Source: a virus (taxonomy: Duplodnaviria; Caudoviricetes). Taken from it: a stretch of 64,000 nt of DNA. Where the stretch lies: positions 1-64,000 of IMG/VR virus record IMGVR_UViG_3300010167_000019. One strand, written 5' to 3'. The notes under the pieces are model-generated. The model saw only the letters and a list, made by a program, of their open reading frames with translations, had not been told where the DNA came from and ran no database searches. The translations under genes and the position numbers were made by a program. Shown here piece after piece: positions 19,380-28,698 of this stretch; the first letter of the stretch is position 1, and every line of letters starts with the position of its first letter.

Positions 19380-20468
19380 TTAAGCTGGATGTGAAATTAA
19401 AATTTCTTTAAACGCTGGAGCAACATTCTCAAAGCTCTTGACGATGTTGGGATCAAATTGTGTACCTGCACCTTGGAAAATAATCTCGCGGGCTAGTTCA
19501 TGGGTCATCGGTTCCTTATGCGTCCGAGAAGAAGTCAAAGCATCGTAGACATCGACGATGGCTAAAATTCTTCCTTCTAAAGAAATGCTGGTATCAAATA
19601 AGCCATTGGGATAACCTGTGCCATCCCATCTCTCATGGTGAGTCCCCACAAATAGTTTAGCTTGTCTCGTCAGCTCACTGTCACCGACCATCTGGATCAT
19701 CTGGTCTAAAATCTTCTCTCCTATGGCTACGTGATCTTCCACCATGGAACGTTCACCTTCATTGAAGATTGAGATCTTATTGAGCAGGGAACCGCTAATC
19801 CCCATTTTACCGATGTCATGCAGTTGGGAGATATCGATCGTTTCCGTATTCCATTTTTGTAATTGCGGCTTATAGGAATCATCTTTACGTAGTTCCTCCC
19901 ACATCGTTTCTAAGTAGAGTGGACAACTGAGAGAGGTGAACTTACCAACCAACAACATGCAGGAAGCGATGAAGCTTTGGATCACATCGTGGACAACAGT
20001 CTCTGTTCCTAACTTTACTGATTTAAGGTTGAAGTTAATCACATCGGAAATGGATAAGTTCATCTTGCTTAACTCAGCATTGCGACGACCGATATTGCCG
20101 TAAGCTCGTACTCTCTTCATCAACAATACAGGGGATACGGACTTGAAGAGAATGTCACAGTTGAAAGGTAAGATTTTCTTAGTCTCTTCTACGAATTTGA
20201 AATCACTGCTCAGATAGATGACAGAAATATTTTTGAAGAGGGGATTGTTTTGTACTTTGCTGATAGCCTTGGTAGCAGTAGTCTCCATATCATCTAAGTC
20301 TAATAGAACGACGTCTGGGATAAGTGTTCTAATCATAGTGATCAAGCCACTGTACGTTGTAGCTTGGTAAACATTATGGTTTAAGAATAAATACTTATAC
20401 ATTCCGATGATCTCTTGACTAGGGGTCAAGACAAAAATATTTAGAGCATTATCCCAGCCAGCACCCAT
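19380..20468 (-). CDS. Response regulator with HD-GYP (RpfG-like) cyclic-dinucleotide phosphodiesterase domain
   Basis: REC-like PDVVLLDLDD...LFKSV; HDIGK, HHERWDGTGYP and RILAIVDVYDAL. Confidence 0.9.
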   Translation of the reverse strand: MGAGWDNALNIFVLTPSQEIIGMYKYLFLNHNVYQATTYSGLITMIRTLIPDVVLLDLDDMETTATKAISKVQNNPLFKNISVIYLSSDFKFVEETKKILPFNCDILFKSVSPVLLMKRVRAYGNIGRRNAELSKMNLSISDVINFNLKSVKLGTETVVHDVIQSFIASCMLLVGKFTSLSCPLYLETMWEELRKDDSYKPQLQKWNTETIDISQLHDIGKMGISGSLLNKISIFNEGERSMVEDHVAIGEKILDQMIQMVGDSELTRQAKLFVGTHHERWDGTGYPNGLFDTSISLEGRILAIVDVYDALTSSRTHKEPMTHELAREIIFQGAGTQFDPNIVKSFENVAPAFKEILISHPA

Positions 20469-20557
20469 AGCTATCTCTCCTTCACAAATAATGTGGTCTC
20501 CCAGCGATTATACTTTAGTTTTTCTCTACCTTACAAATAAGAGGTGGTGATCGGAGA

Positions 20558-21889
20558 ATGAGCGGTCAACGGTTATATCAATCTAATCCTTCTGTGGCTA
20601 ATCCGGATGTTCGCTTGGAAGGAATCAGTTACGAAAGAAATCCCGGAGCAGAATATGGCGATCACATTCGATCGACAACAGCCATTGCTTGCTTAAGTGC
20701 TTCACATGTTTATGGCAATTGTTTAGCTACCTTTGAAAAATATTTTCTGGATTTATTTCCTAAGGATACTTTTAAAACCATCACGGCTACAACCACCTTG
20801 GCTAGTCGACAGCTAAGGCATCTACCCAGACAGCTGATGAAGCTAGAGATGCCTACCATGGTCTTAGCACCTCGGATCAGTTTTGGTCAAGAAGACAATC
20901 GCTTCTTGGCTCATACCATTATGAACTCAAGGTATACCAATACTTTTGCCAACTGGGGAGAAGGGTCTTTGATCCCTTTAGCTTTAGATAAAAAGAATAA
21001 GATTGCTATTCACGGACACTACAATCGGAATGTCATGTACATCGATATGGTTTTAAGTTTTGAAACCTACATGCAACAGACCAATTGGATGTCCTTCTTG
21101 CATAACATGATGCCCATCAACCATAACTTCTTCATCAAGGCTCCTTTGGAACTCTACCTACCCGAAGAATTTTGTATGCTCTTAAGTAAATTGGCCAAAG
21201 AAGAAATTCGTTCGGAAGAACAGAGTTCGGTACAGAGCTTCTTACGTTACATGAATTCCACTTGGTATTACCCAATTACCTATAAGCTCAAGGGTGGTTC
21301 CCAAACCGATGAATTCTTCATGTACTATGTCGCCGATATCGATACGGTTATTCAAGAGCCAACTCCTAATCCGGGAGTAAAGGATGGTCAAATTCGGAGA
21401 AACTTTGACATTGCCTTTACCGTACGCTGTGATTTTAACAGCATCGGTTATTTCACAATCAACAGCCCGGGTATCAAAGATCCCATCAAGATCATGCATG
21501 CTAAAGATGCTAATACGATCATCCCAATGTATACTGACGTCATCGATTTGAATAATTTTACTCTACCCGTGGGATGGACTGTTCTAGGCTTTCCAGTTTT
21601 CAAGATAGGGATGGGTGAGCGTTCAGTCAAATTAACTCCCATCTTGAATAAGTCTATCTCTACAGTCTTGCGTTATCATCTAGAACACGGCATACCGATT
21701 GAACGCTTTCTGCAGATTCAATTTCGGGAGAATGGCAATATCTTAGAACATGAAGGCTACTACATCGATTGGCCGAATGAGGAATTGTACGTGATTCGTC
21801 CGGACTATCATCGAACGTATCGTTTATTAATTTCGGTATCCTATGATTACGTTAATAGTTTGATTAAAGAGTTATATAATCTTGCCTAG
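20558..21889 (+). CDS. Conserved jumbo-phage virion structural protein
   Basis: 443-aa ORF in the structural region; no specific motif recognised. Confidence 0.55.
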   Translation: MSGQRLYQSNPSVANPDVRLEGISYERNPGAEYGDHIRSTTAIACLSASHVYGNCLATFEKYFLDLFPKDTFKTITATTTLASRQLRHLPRQLMKLEMPTMVLAPRISFGQEDNRFLAHTIMNSRYTNTFANWGEGSLIPLALDKKNKIAIHGHYNRNVMYIDMVLSFETYMQQTNWMSFLHNMMPINHNFFIKAPLELYLPEEFCMLLSKLAKEEIRSEEQSSVQSFLRYMNSTWYYPITYKLKGGSQTDEFFMYYVADIDTVIQEPTPNPGVKDGQIRRNFDIAFTVRCDFNSIGYFTINSPGIKDPIKIMHAKDANTIIPMYTDVIDLNNFTLPVGWTVLGFPVFKIGMGERSVKLTPILNKSISTVLRYHLEHGIPIERFLQIQFRENGNILEHEGYYIDWPNEELYVIRPDYHRTYRLLISVSYDYVNSLIKELYNLA

Positions 21890-21974
21890 TCTACTGATCT
21901 TAAGACAACATGCCATTAATATGTGTATCGGAAAACCGTCTTATCAATAAAAGAGTAAAGGAGATAAAAATAAC

Positions 21975-22796
21975 ATGGAAGATATTTTTAGTTTGAGAAT
22001 TGATGACTTGATCAAGGAGTCAAAGTCTAATGACCTGGATGATTTATTCACGCTAAGAGTTTTTGGTGAAGATACTTCTCTTCCGCCTTTAGGAAGTAAA
22101 AAGAATTACGATGCCATGAACATCACAATTCCTCAATCCAAGGAGATTGACGCCGACGTTTATAATCAAGCCTTAACAGATCTGCAGAAGAGTTTCAAAG
22201 AGACAGTTGAGCTGATGGATGGTGCCTTAGATAATCTCAAAGGGGTGACAATCCGCCCAAAGTCTCTGGATAGTGTCCAGGAAGATTACACGGAACTAGC
22301 TATTCAAAAAGCCATGTATGAATCTGTTATAAATGGTCCCTACTTTGAAGCAGTTAAGGCTGACAATAAAGAAGAAATCAAAGAAATTGTTCAGTCCTTA
22401 AAAGCAACTGTGTTAGAAAAGGCGGCTAGAGAGGCTGGCGGCAAATTCATCAAGCCAATGTGGATCGCCCGTTTCCTTTTAAATAGTATGAGCCAGATCA
22501 TGCAGGTAGCCTGGAATAATCGTCTCTGGCAAATAGTCGGTATTGTTTACTGTGAACGCGGCAACATCGAAAAATTTATGGATGATCTGAATGGAAAGTT
22601 TGCCGATGAGCTTGGAAAATATAAATTGTTAAATACCACCCTGATCGATATAACTATTGCTGATTTCATCCATAAGAAATTAAACTATAAGAATGATCTC
22701 AATGCGTATTTATTGGTCGTTGATAAGAAACTTCCGAGCGAAATTAAAAAGATCGCCTCAGCCAGTGTTAGCACAGATAAAAAAGAAAAAGAATAA
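21975..22796 (+). CDS. Putative head protein
   Basis: SD AAGGAG; AACA-N6-TA at 21907-21918. Confidence 0.6.
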   Translation: MEDIFSLRIDDLIKESKSNDLDDLFTLRVFGEDTSLPPLGSKKNYDAMNITIPQSKEIDADVYNQALTDLQKSFKETVELMDGALDNLKGVTIRPKSLDSVQEDYTELAIQKAMYESVINGPYFEAVKADNKEEIKEIVQSLKATVLEKAAREAGGKFIKPMWIARFLLNSMSQIMQVAWNNRLWQIVGIVYCERGNIEKFMDDLNGKFADELGKYKLLNTTLIDITIADFIHKKLNYKNDLNAYLLVVDKKLPSEIKKIASASVSTDKKEKE

Positions 22797-22798
22797 TT

Positions 22799-22841
22799 AA
22801 TTATGAAGATGGGAGGATCTGATCCTCCCATCTTCATAATT
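22799..22841. terminator. 21-bp perfect stem with 1-nt loop, bidirectional terminator
   Basis: aattatgaagatgggaggatc-t-gatcctcccatcttcataatt. Confidence 0.8.
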
Positions 22842-22847
22842 ATCTTT

Positions 22848-23531
22848 TCAATCAGATGGCTTATCGTTGTTCAATAGGATCTTAGCAATCCGATCAGGGT
22901 TTAAAGATTTTAAAACTCCTTCTACATCAGCTTCATTTAATTTAGAATTTTCTTTCTTACCACGAAAACGATTCCAAATCAAGTCAGCTAAGTTCAGCGG
23001 CTCTTCTTCGGACTGAGTATCTAGGGGAGCAGTCATAGTCATGATGATCTCATGAGCCAGATCAGGATTCTCATTGAATAATTCCGATAAGAGCATTTCT
23101 TGCTCTACTTCAGTTTCTGACCTAATCTCATCATTAGATTCTTTAGGAAATAAGATGAGAGTGGGACGCTGATACCCTCCCTTGACTTTATTCTTAGTTG
23201 TATCCCCCCTTTCTACTATTACAGTGTAGCCACTATTAGTGGAAAATGTATCCTGATCAGAATAGATATACGCATAGTCTAAAACACCAGGTCCTTTCTT
23301 TCCCCTGATGCTAGTTTCCAACTTTGTCTCTGAAGGATAATAGCTATCACTTTTCTTCTCTCCAGCAGTGGATTCTGTCTTGTAGAGTACATTCTTTCCA
23401 GTAGTACCCTCTGTCAGGTAGGATATATTTTTTCCAGTAGATTCTCTCCGATAGATGACACCCTTAGCACTGCTAAGTAGAGCTCGCCAATAGGTGGGGT
23501 GTAAATTCCCCCTGCGATCATAAAATTTCAT
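22848..23531 (-). CDS. Hypothetical protein
   Basis: ORF with SD in the minus-strand operon. Confidence 0.65.
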   Translation of the reverse strand: MKFYDRRGNLHPTYWRALLSSAKGVIYRRESTGKNISYLTEGTTGKNVLYKTESTAGEKKSDSYYPSETKLETSIRGKKGPGVLDYAYIYSDQDTFSTNSGYTVIVERGDTTKNKVKGGYQRPTLILFPKESNDEIRSETEVEQEMLLSELFNENPDLAHEIIMTMTAPLDTQSEEEPLNLADLIWNRFRGKKENSKLNEADVEGVLKSLNPDRIAKILLNNDKPSD

Positions 23532-23552
23532 CTTCAGCTTCCTTTCTTGCTT

Positions 23553-24422
23553 TTAAGATTCTCCGTACTCAAAGATGACCTTGCCATGCTCATAGATGGT
23601 TATCCGATAATTCAAATTAACCATGCGCATGAAACGGCTAAAGAGTTGAGCCGAAAAAGGTTTAGGGGAGATCAAGGTGGTCATCATATTATTGATCGTG
23701 TAATCATCTGTTTCTTCAGACTTTAAATTATACTTACTTAAATTTTCCAACCGGAGGATCAACTTGACAATTTTCTTCAAGTGGTCATCTGCACTTTCAA
23801 TAATTTCTTCATAGCCTGTACAATCAAAAACATCTTCCGGATAATGGTAGGTCAATAGCTTAACTTCCTTACGGTAGATGCTAAGAGTATAATTAAGATG
23901 AAAGATTTGGCTGATCCAAATTTTCCATCTCTCCATACGCATAAAGGCAATCTTATTTAAAGCAGCGTAGTAATTGGTAATGATCGAAGTGTTCAAGCCG
24001 CTCATATCGACCAAGTCGACTAATGTGATGCTCTTATTTAAAATAAGACCCTTGACGATCTGGGTAAAGATATTGTCTTGAGGATTGATGGTAGGACGTA
24101 AAATATCATCGGCCAAAGACCGACGGTGGAGGTAGCGCACAGTGGCAGCTACCTCCGGATTGATCTTTTCTGATAATTCAGCTAGCTTGGTAGAAATGAC
24201 TTCGGATAAATATCTCCGATTGGAATACTGGGAGATTAATTTCTCCTTCCCATTCCAAATGGGAAAGAAACCATTTTCGGGATGGGAGCGAGTGTGTATT
24301 TCCGAATAATAGTACAGACGATCATCTGCAGGATCATGGTAAATTTTACCCTCTACCCCTGTACCCCCCATCGGGCCCAAATATTCAAAATTCCATTTTT
24401 GTCCAACGACAATTTTATCCAT
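23553..24422 (-). CDS. Hypothetical protein with two HTH-like repeats
   Basis: Internal repeat: ITLVDLVDMSG...LNYTLSIY and LSKYNLKSE...LNYRITIY. Confidence 0.55.
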   Translation of the reverse strand: MDKIVVGQKWNFEYLGPMGGTGVEGKIYHDPADDRLYYYSEIHTRSHPENGFFPIWNGKEKLISQYSNRRYLSEVISTKLAELSEKINPEVAATVRYLHRRSLADDILRPTINPQDNIFTQIVKGLILNKSITLVDLVDMSGLNTSIITNYYAALNKIAFMRMERWKIWISQIFHLNYTLSIYRKEVKLLTYHYPEDVFDCTGYEEIIESADDHLKKIVKLILRLENLSKYNLKSEETDDYTINNMMTTLISPKPFSAQLFSRFMRMVNLNYRITIYEHGKVIFEYGES

Positions 24423-24434
24423 TCTCTTGTCCTC

Positions 24435-25142
24435 TTACAGTAAATCCTCGATGTCTGCTGCCTTAGGCAGAATGTCAACGACTGGACCTTTACGGATGGT
24501 ACTAACTTGAGGTTGATTGACATTTGTTTCCCCCGTACGCAAATAAGTCAAGTACATCAGCCAGACAATTGTGTCTATATCTAGATTGGTCAAAGTGAAG
24601 GATAGAGAATCAAGATCATTCAGAGTTAATAAGACGCTGGACTGTTCATTGTTAAATTTTAACTTGATTCCTTCAACTCGAGTATCATCAGGCTGAGTGA
24701 TTACTAAAGGTAACATTTCAAAGGTGGTGCTGCCGATCGTAAAGACTCTGCGATATTTATTGGCTAACTCTTCATTGACTTGTAACCTTTTATTGAAGTA
24801 GGAAAACATTTCCGGAATACGGATAGCTTCATGGATCCGTTGCAGTTCAGCGATGAAGATAGACAGCTGATAGCGAGTCAAGCCGATATTATCATCCCGA
24901 GAGAAGGGAGCCTTACGCCAAACACCATTTTCATCCAGATCACCTCTTCGGATGATATTGATATTGATAAAGGGAAATAGGTTGACTGAAGTATAGAAAT
25001 CACCATTTAATTCAGTAGTGGTTTCTCCAAAGGCAAAGGTTCGATTTTGTTGTATGGCATTATTGGTATCAGCGGTGAGTCTAATATCAACTGCTAATTT
25101 ACTCTGAATTGTTAAGACACGATATTTCACTTGACGTTTCAT
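24435..25142 (-). CDS. Hypothetical protein downstream of RNAP beta
   Basis: ORF with SD GGAGGTAG. Confidence 0.7.
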   Translation of the reverse strand: MKRQVKYRVLTIQSKLAVDIRLTADTNNAIQQNRTFAFGETTTELNGDFYTSVNLFPFININIIRRGDLDENGVWRKAPFSRDDNIGLTRYQLSIFIAELQRIHEAIRIPEMFSYFNKRLQVNEELANKYRRVFTIGSTTFEMLPLVITQPDDTRVEGIKLKFNNEQSSVLLTLNDLDSLSFTLTNLDIDTIVWLMYLTYLRTGETNVNQPQVSTIRKGPVVDILPKAADIEDLL

Positions 25143-25152
25143 CCACTACCTC

Positions 25153-25488
25153 CTACTGTGGCGATGTAATTTCCGTTCTTTCTTCTACTAAATTCTTTTC
25201 ATTGAATTTACGATACTTTTCGCGGATATCATCTTCTACGACTACCTCCACATTGTTATGACTGACAGCATGGATTTGGATACTCTGGTCACCATATCTA
25301 GCCAAGGAGTCTAGGATTTCATTGTATTCCTTCTCTGTGCTACACTTAAAAATCATTTCTTCATAGTCGCCACCTAAGGGATGTTTATCCAAGTATTCTT
25401 TAATCTTAAAATGCATCTCATTCTCATATAATGTATCATCGAAATAAAATGATTCCAATGGATTCCAGGGTGACAATGATAAACTCTG
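25153..25488 (-). CDS. rpoB: Phage RNA polymerase beta N-half, exon 5
   Basis: Splicing gives SSSDPG|QSLSLSPW; the 3' splice site follows ...GAAGATAGAG (omega G). Confidence 0.75.
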   Translation of the reverse strand, partial: QSLSLSPWNPLESFYFDDTLYENEMHFKIKEYLDKHPLGGDYEEMIFKCSTEKEYNEILDSLARYGDQSIQIHAVSHNNVEVVVEDDIREKYRKFNEKNLVEERTEITSPQ

Positions 25489-25949
25489 CTCTATCTTCAT
25501 GTGGCTTGCAACACCACACCGTACTATTCAAGTACTGCTCTAGGCTTTCCCTAGATGTTGAGACTATATCTTCTCTACTACACTGTTACCATGTACATAG
25601 AGCCTCTCGTTTCCAGTTGCCATAATATCCTTTAAAGATATTATCCCTGCAGTATGCATCAGGGTGTACTTCCACTTTACTACGCTGATAGGTCTTTCTC
25701 CATATCGGTAGTGTTTGGAATAGTCGTTGAACCCGTGTCTAGCAATAGACACTTGGCTGCGGATTAAGTAATCTCTAACCTTTTTACTGTATTCCAGCAA
25801 TTACTCTGGACCCTCATGTGTATCACTACCATAAGTTAGTAGTTAGAGCTCTAAACAACTTCCCGCAATTATGAGAGGACCGGCCAACATATCTTCACTA
25901 CCATGGACATGTAATTACAAACTACAGTTTTAGATGATAGCGAACTACA
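25489..25949 (-). mobile_element. Group I intron 4 of RNAP beta (461 nt)
   Basis: P AATTGCGGGAAG, Q AATCCGCAGCCAAG, R GTTCAACGACTA, S AAGATATAGTCT; IGS TTGGCCGG pairs with CCGGU|CAG. Confidence 0.85.
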
Positions 25950-26060
25950 ACCGGGGTCACTAGAACTTGTTTCAGCGATATCGATAGTTGATAGCATGGA
26001 AGGATGTAATAATCTTTGTCTAACCGGAATTCTCTTTTCGTTACTGTTACCCAAACTATT
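25950..26060 (-). CDS. rpoB: Phage RNA polymerase beta N-half, exon 4 (37 aa)
   Basis: NSLG...RLLHPSMLSTIDIAETSSSDPG corresponds to the RpoB RDVHPTHYGRVCPIETPEG region. Confidence 0.85.
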
Positions 26061-26505
26061 CAAAAGTCTTCACATGTATTCGCTACATACATGCAGTTCT
26101 CTTACGAACTTCTCTAGGCTTTCCCTAGAGTTGAGACTATATCACCTAGAAATACTCTGTTACCAAGTAATTCTAGCCCTCCATTTCGATTTAAGGGATT
26201 CTCACCCACCGCAATCGCTTCGGCCCTACTCTACTCACTTCTTCACATAGAGTTTTCTTCTATGCTATGTTTTCGATAGTCGTTGAACATGCCATCTGCT
26301 TGAGACAACATGCTGCGGATTGACCATCTATCTTCAACCTTACTTACTGTACCTATGATGGTTAGTCATAGCCATCATACCATCACTGATATGATTTAGT
26401 AGTTGAAGCTTTAGGCATCCGTAGTTAGAATTAACTACAGATGGAACAATACGTTCCCGTTCCCGTCAATTAAGAGGGTTTAAAGCCCCAATTGTTTATT
26501 CTATT
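26061..26505 (-). mobile_element. Group I intron 3 of RNAP beta (445 nt)
   Basis: TAATTGACGGGAAC, AATCCGCAGC, GTTCAACGACTA, GATATAGTCT; ends TTTTG; IGS ATTGGGGCTTT at 26482-26492. Confidence 0.85.
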
Positions 26506-26508
26506 AGG
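26506..26508 (-). CDS. rpoB: Phage RNA polymerase beta N-half, exon 3: 3-nt micro-exon CCT (Pro)
   Basis: Needed to restore KKG-P-NSLG; both flanking IGS sequences predict exactly these junctions. Confidence 0.8.
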
Positions 26509-28061
26509 CTGTGTCTTCACATGTATTCGCTACATACATGCAGTTCTCAGTACTAACTTGTACATGAACTTCTACATCTCTCGATGTAGTCGAGACTATA
26601 TCTTCCTCATACACTCTATGACCAAATGTATGAAGTCCCTTCGTTTCCCATTGCTCCATGTCCGTCCAAGACATTTGGCCTCCAATCGCTTGAGGGGTAC
26701 TCTACTGACTACGTGATAGGGTATTTACGCCGCTATCGGTAGTTGGTCGATAGTCGTTGAACGTTCCTTCTTTAATTGAAATTTTACCAAAGCGATATAT
26801 TTTCTATTGACTCGATTATCTGGCAAATCGAGCAACGTTACTATTTCCCCAGGCTCACTCAACCCACTGTCCAATAGCTCAATCACCCTACCCCGTAAGT
26901 TATCGGGCCTAGTCTTGCTCTCCGGTTCAGGAATCTCATAATCCCTGGAAATGGACATCCAAGACATACGCTGTTTGATAGAATGGGGTAATGATACAGG
27001 TACGGATAGCAGTCTAGATATTTCTGCCAAGCCTTTACCTTCTTCCAGTAGCTTACAGACAGCATGGATTTGTTCATGGCTGTAGGTGGAAGAAGTTCGT
27101 AAGAATCCCTTTTCACGTGGCATTTCTCCAGCCGCAGGTATATCATACTGGGATGAGATATGTTTCCATTTACCAGCATACTTGATAGATCTAGCCAGAC
27201 CGATTGACACACCAACCTTTTCAGCTGCTCGTTTACAGTTATGACCTCCTTCTAGCAATTTACAAATAGCATGAGCTTGCTCATCTGTGTAAACTGCATT
27301 GGGTCGATCAGTTCCGACTCTAGTAAAGGAGGCATTGTCATAGCAACCCATCTCCATAGCATGTTGTTTATTCTCAGCTGAAGTAGCCCATTCCAAGTTG
27401 CGATACCAGTTGTTAGTCTTGACTCCATCGATGTGGTTGATCTCAGGTTTATTTTCTGGATTAGGTATGAAGGCCTGTCCCACCAATCGATGTACTCTGA
27501 ATGTCCCATATTTTGTTTCTGTACGTAGACTAACTCTTTCATACCCTTGATCAGATAAACTCTTCTTTACTAGGCGACCAAGAGCATTGCTATACACTTC
27601 TCCTACATTGCTGATCATGTAATCCAGTTCCTTGCCTTCAAAGACGATAGGTTTCCATTCGGGGTTTGCAGTGTCCCAGATCCTATCATTGAGCATATCT
27701 TCCATCATACTTTCCATATTCTTACTCATAGTCTCATCCTTATTCTTAGCCATTAATTTCACTCCTTCATCTTTTTTGTTTTTACTTTTACTTTTACTTT
27801 TAGACATCATTCTCACCTCCTTAAAGAAATATATTTTGCCAGATCTCACTTTATAATATATCATCATAAAATATCATCAATTAAAGAAGACTCGCTGCGG
27901 ATTGTCCAATCTCTAACCTTACTTACCCTACCCATGTTAATTACTCATGGCCATTACACTGTCACCAGTGTAACTTGGTAGTTAGAGCTCTAAGGATGTT
28001 CCCGTCACCTTGTAGGAATTAGGCCCTGCTCAGTACAAAGTCATCCAACTTTATACACATT
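26509..28061 (-). mobile_element. Group I intron 2 of RNAP beta (1553 nt) carrying an HNH endonuclease ORF
   Basis: GACGGGAAC, AATCCGCAGC, GTTCAACGACTA, AAGATATAGTCT; IGS AGGGCCT (28021-28027) is exactly complementary to AGGC|CCT. Confidence 0.85.
26725..27810 (-). CDS. Intron-encoded NUMOD4/HNH homing endonuclease with tandem HTH repeats
   Basis: YMISNVGEV, VHRLVGQAFIPNPENKPEINHIDGVKTNN...LEW; SD AGGAGGTGAG supports the ATG at 27810; the C-terminus overlaps the intron R element. Confidence 0.9.
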   Translation of the reverse strand: MMSKSKSKSKNKKDEGVKLMAKNKDETMSKNMESMMEDMLNDRIWDTANPEWKPIVFEGKELDYMISNVGEVYSNALGRLVKKSLSDQGYERVSLRTETKYGTFRVHRLVGQAFIPNPENKPEINHIDGVKTNNWYRNLEWATSAENKQHAMEMGCYDNASFTRVGTDRPNAVYTDEQAHAICKLLEGGHNCKRAAEKVGVSIGLARSIKYAGKWKHISSQYDIPAAGEMPREKGFLRTSSTYSHEQIHAVCKLLEEGKGLAEISRLLSVPVSLPHSIKQRMSWMSISRDYEIPEPESKTRPDNLRGRVIELLDSGLSEPGEIVTLLDLPDNRVNRKYIALVKFQLKKERSTTIDQLPIAA

Positions 28062-28282
28062 GCCTTTCTTCGTTGATTTCCACCGGATCGAGAAGTCCAT
28101 ATCATTGTTAACATCGGCATATCTTAAGATACCTGAACCAAAGATTCTGGAGAGTAAAATGTCATTGGGGAATCGGAAAGCAGAAAGATAATCACGGATA
28201 GTAGCCTTATCACCTAGAGAGACTAAGCGATTGATCCTCTTGCTAACTTCAGCTGTCATCAGAGATCCTACATATTCATTAC
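28062..28282 (-). CDS. rpoB: Phage RNA polymerase beta N-half, exon 2
   Basis: (C)NEYVGSL...WKSTKKG; in frame with exon 1 through the split codon T|GT. Confidence 0.8.
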
Positions 28283-28698
28283 CAAATACCTTCACATACA
28301 TTCGCAACATGCATGCAGTGCACCTAAGCACTTCTCTAGGTCTCCCTAGACGTTGAGACTATATCTTCATCCTACTACTGTGACCATAGTAGTGATGCCT
28401 CTCGTTTCCAGTTACCCCACCTTCAGTTCTTCCAGTGGCCTAGCATTAGCTTCTAGGTGTACTTCCTCTTTACCACTCTAAGGTTTTTCTCCCGTATCGC
28501 AGTGTTAGGAATAGTCGTTGAACGTGTAACTATTTTTCTCCAGATTTAATAGTTACTTCGCTGCGTTTGATGACCCTAGCTCCATAGCTTTTACTATCCC
28601 TGGATCGTTATATCCAGTGCTACACTATCTATCACTAGTAGCTGCAGTGTATGGAGAGTTACAGGGATTCCCCGCAATTATGAGAGAATGGGCAAACT
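28283..28698 (-). mobile_element. Group I intron 1 of RNAP beta (416 nt)
   Basis: AATTGCGGGGAATCC, AAACGCAGCGAAG, GTTCAACGACTA, AAGATATAGTCT; junction U|...G restores KRLR-C-NEY. Confidence 0.8.

Noticed and set aside
26722-26734. Array spacer GGCGTAAAA matching intron 2 sequence (self-target)
   Set aside because: Only 8 nt match and no adjacent partner half-site was seen. This is expected by chance in 64 kb; a systematic paired-spacer search is needed.
25564-28331. ORFs 25564..25800, 25869..26063, 28041..28331 and 25153..25500 as independent proteins
   Set aside because: They are exon fragments or read-through into intron cores of the spliced RNAP beta gene.
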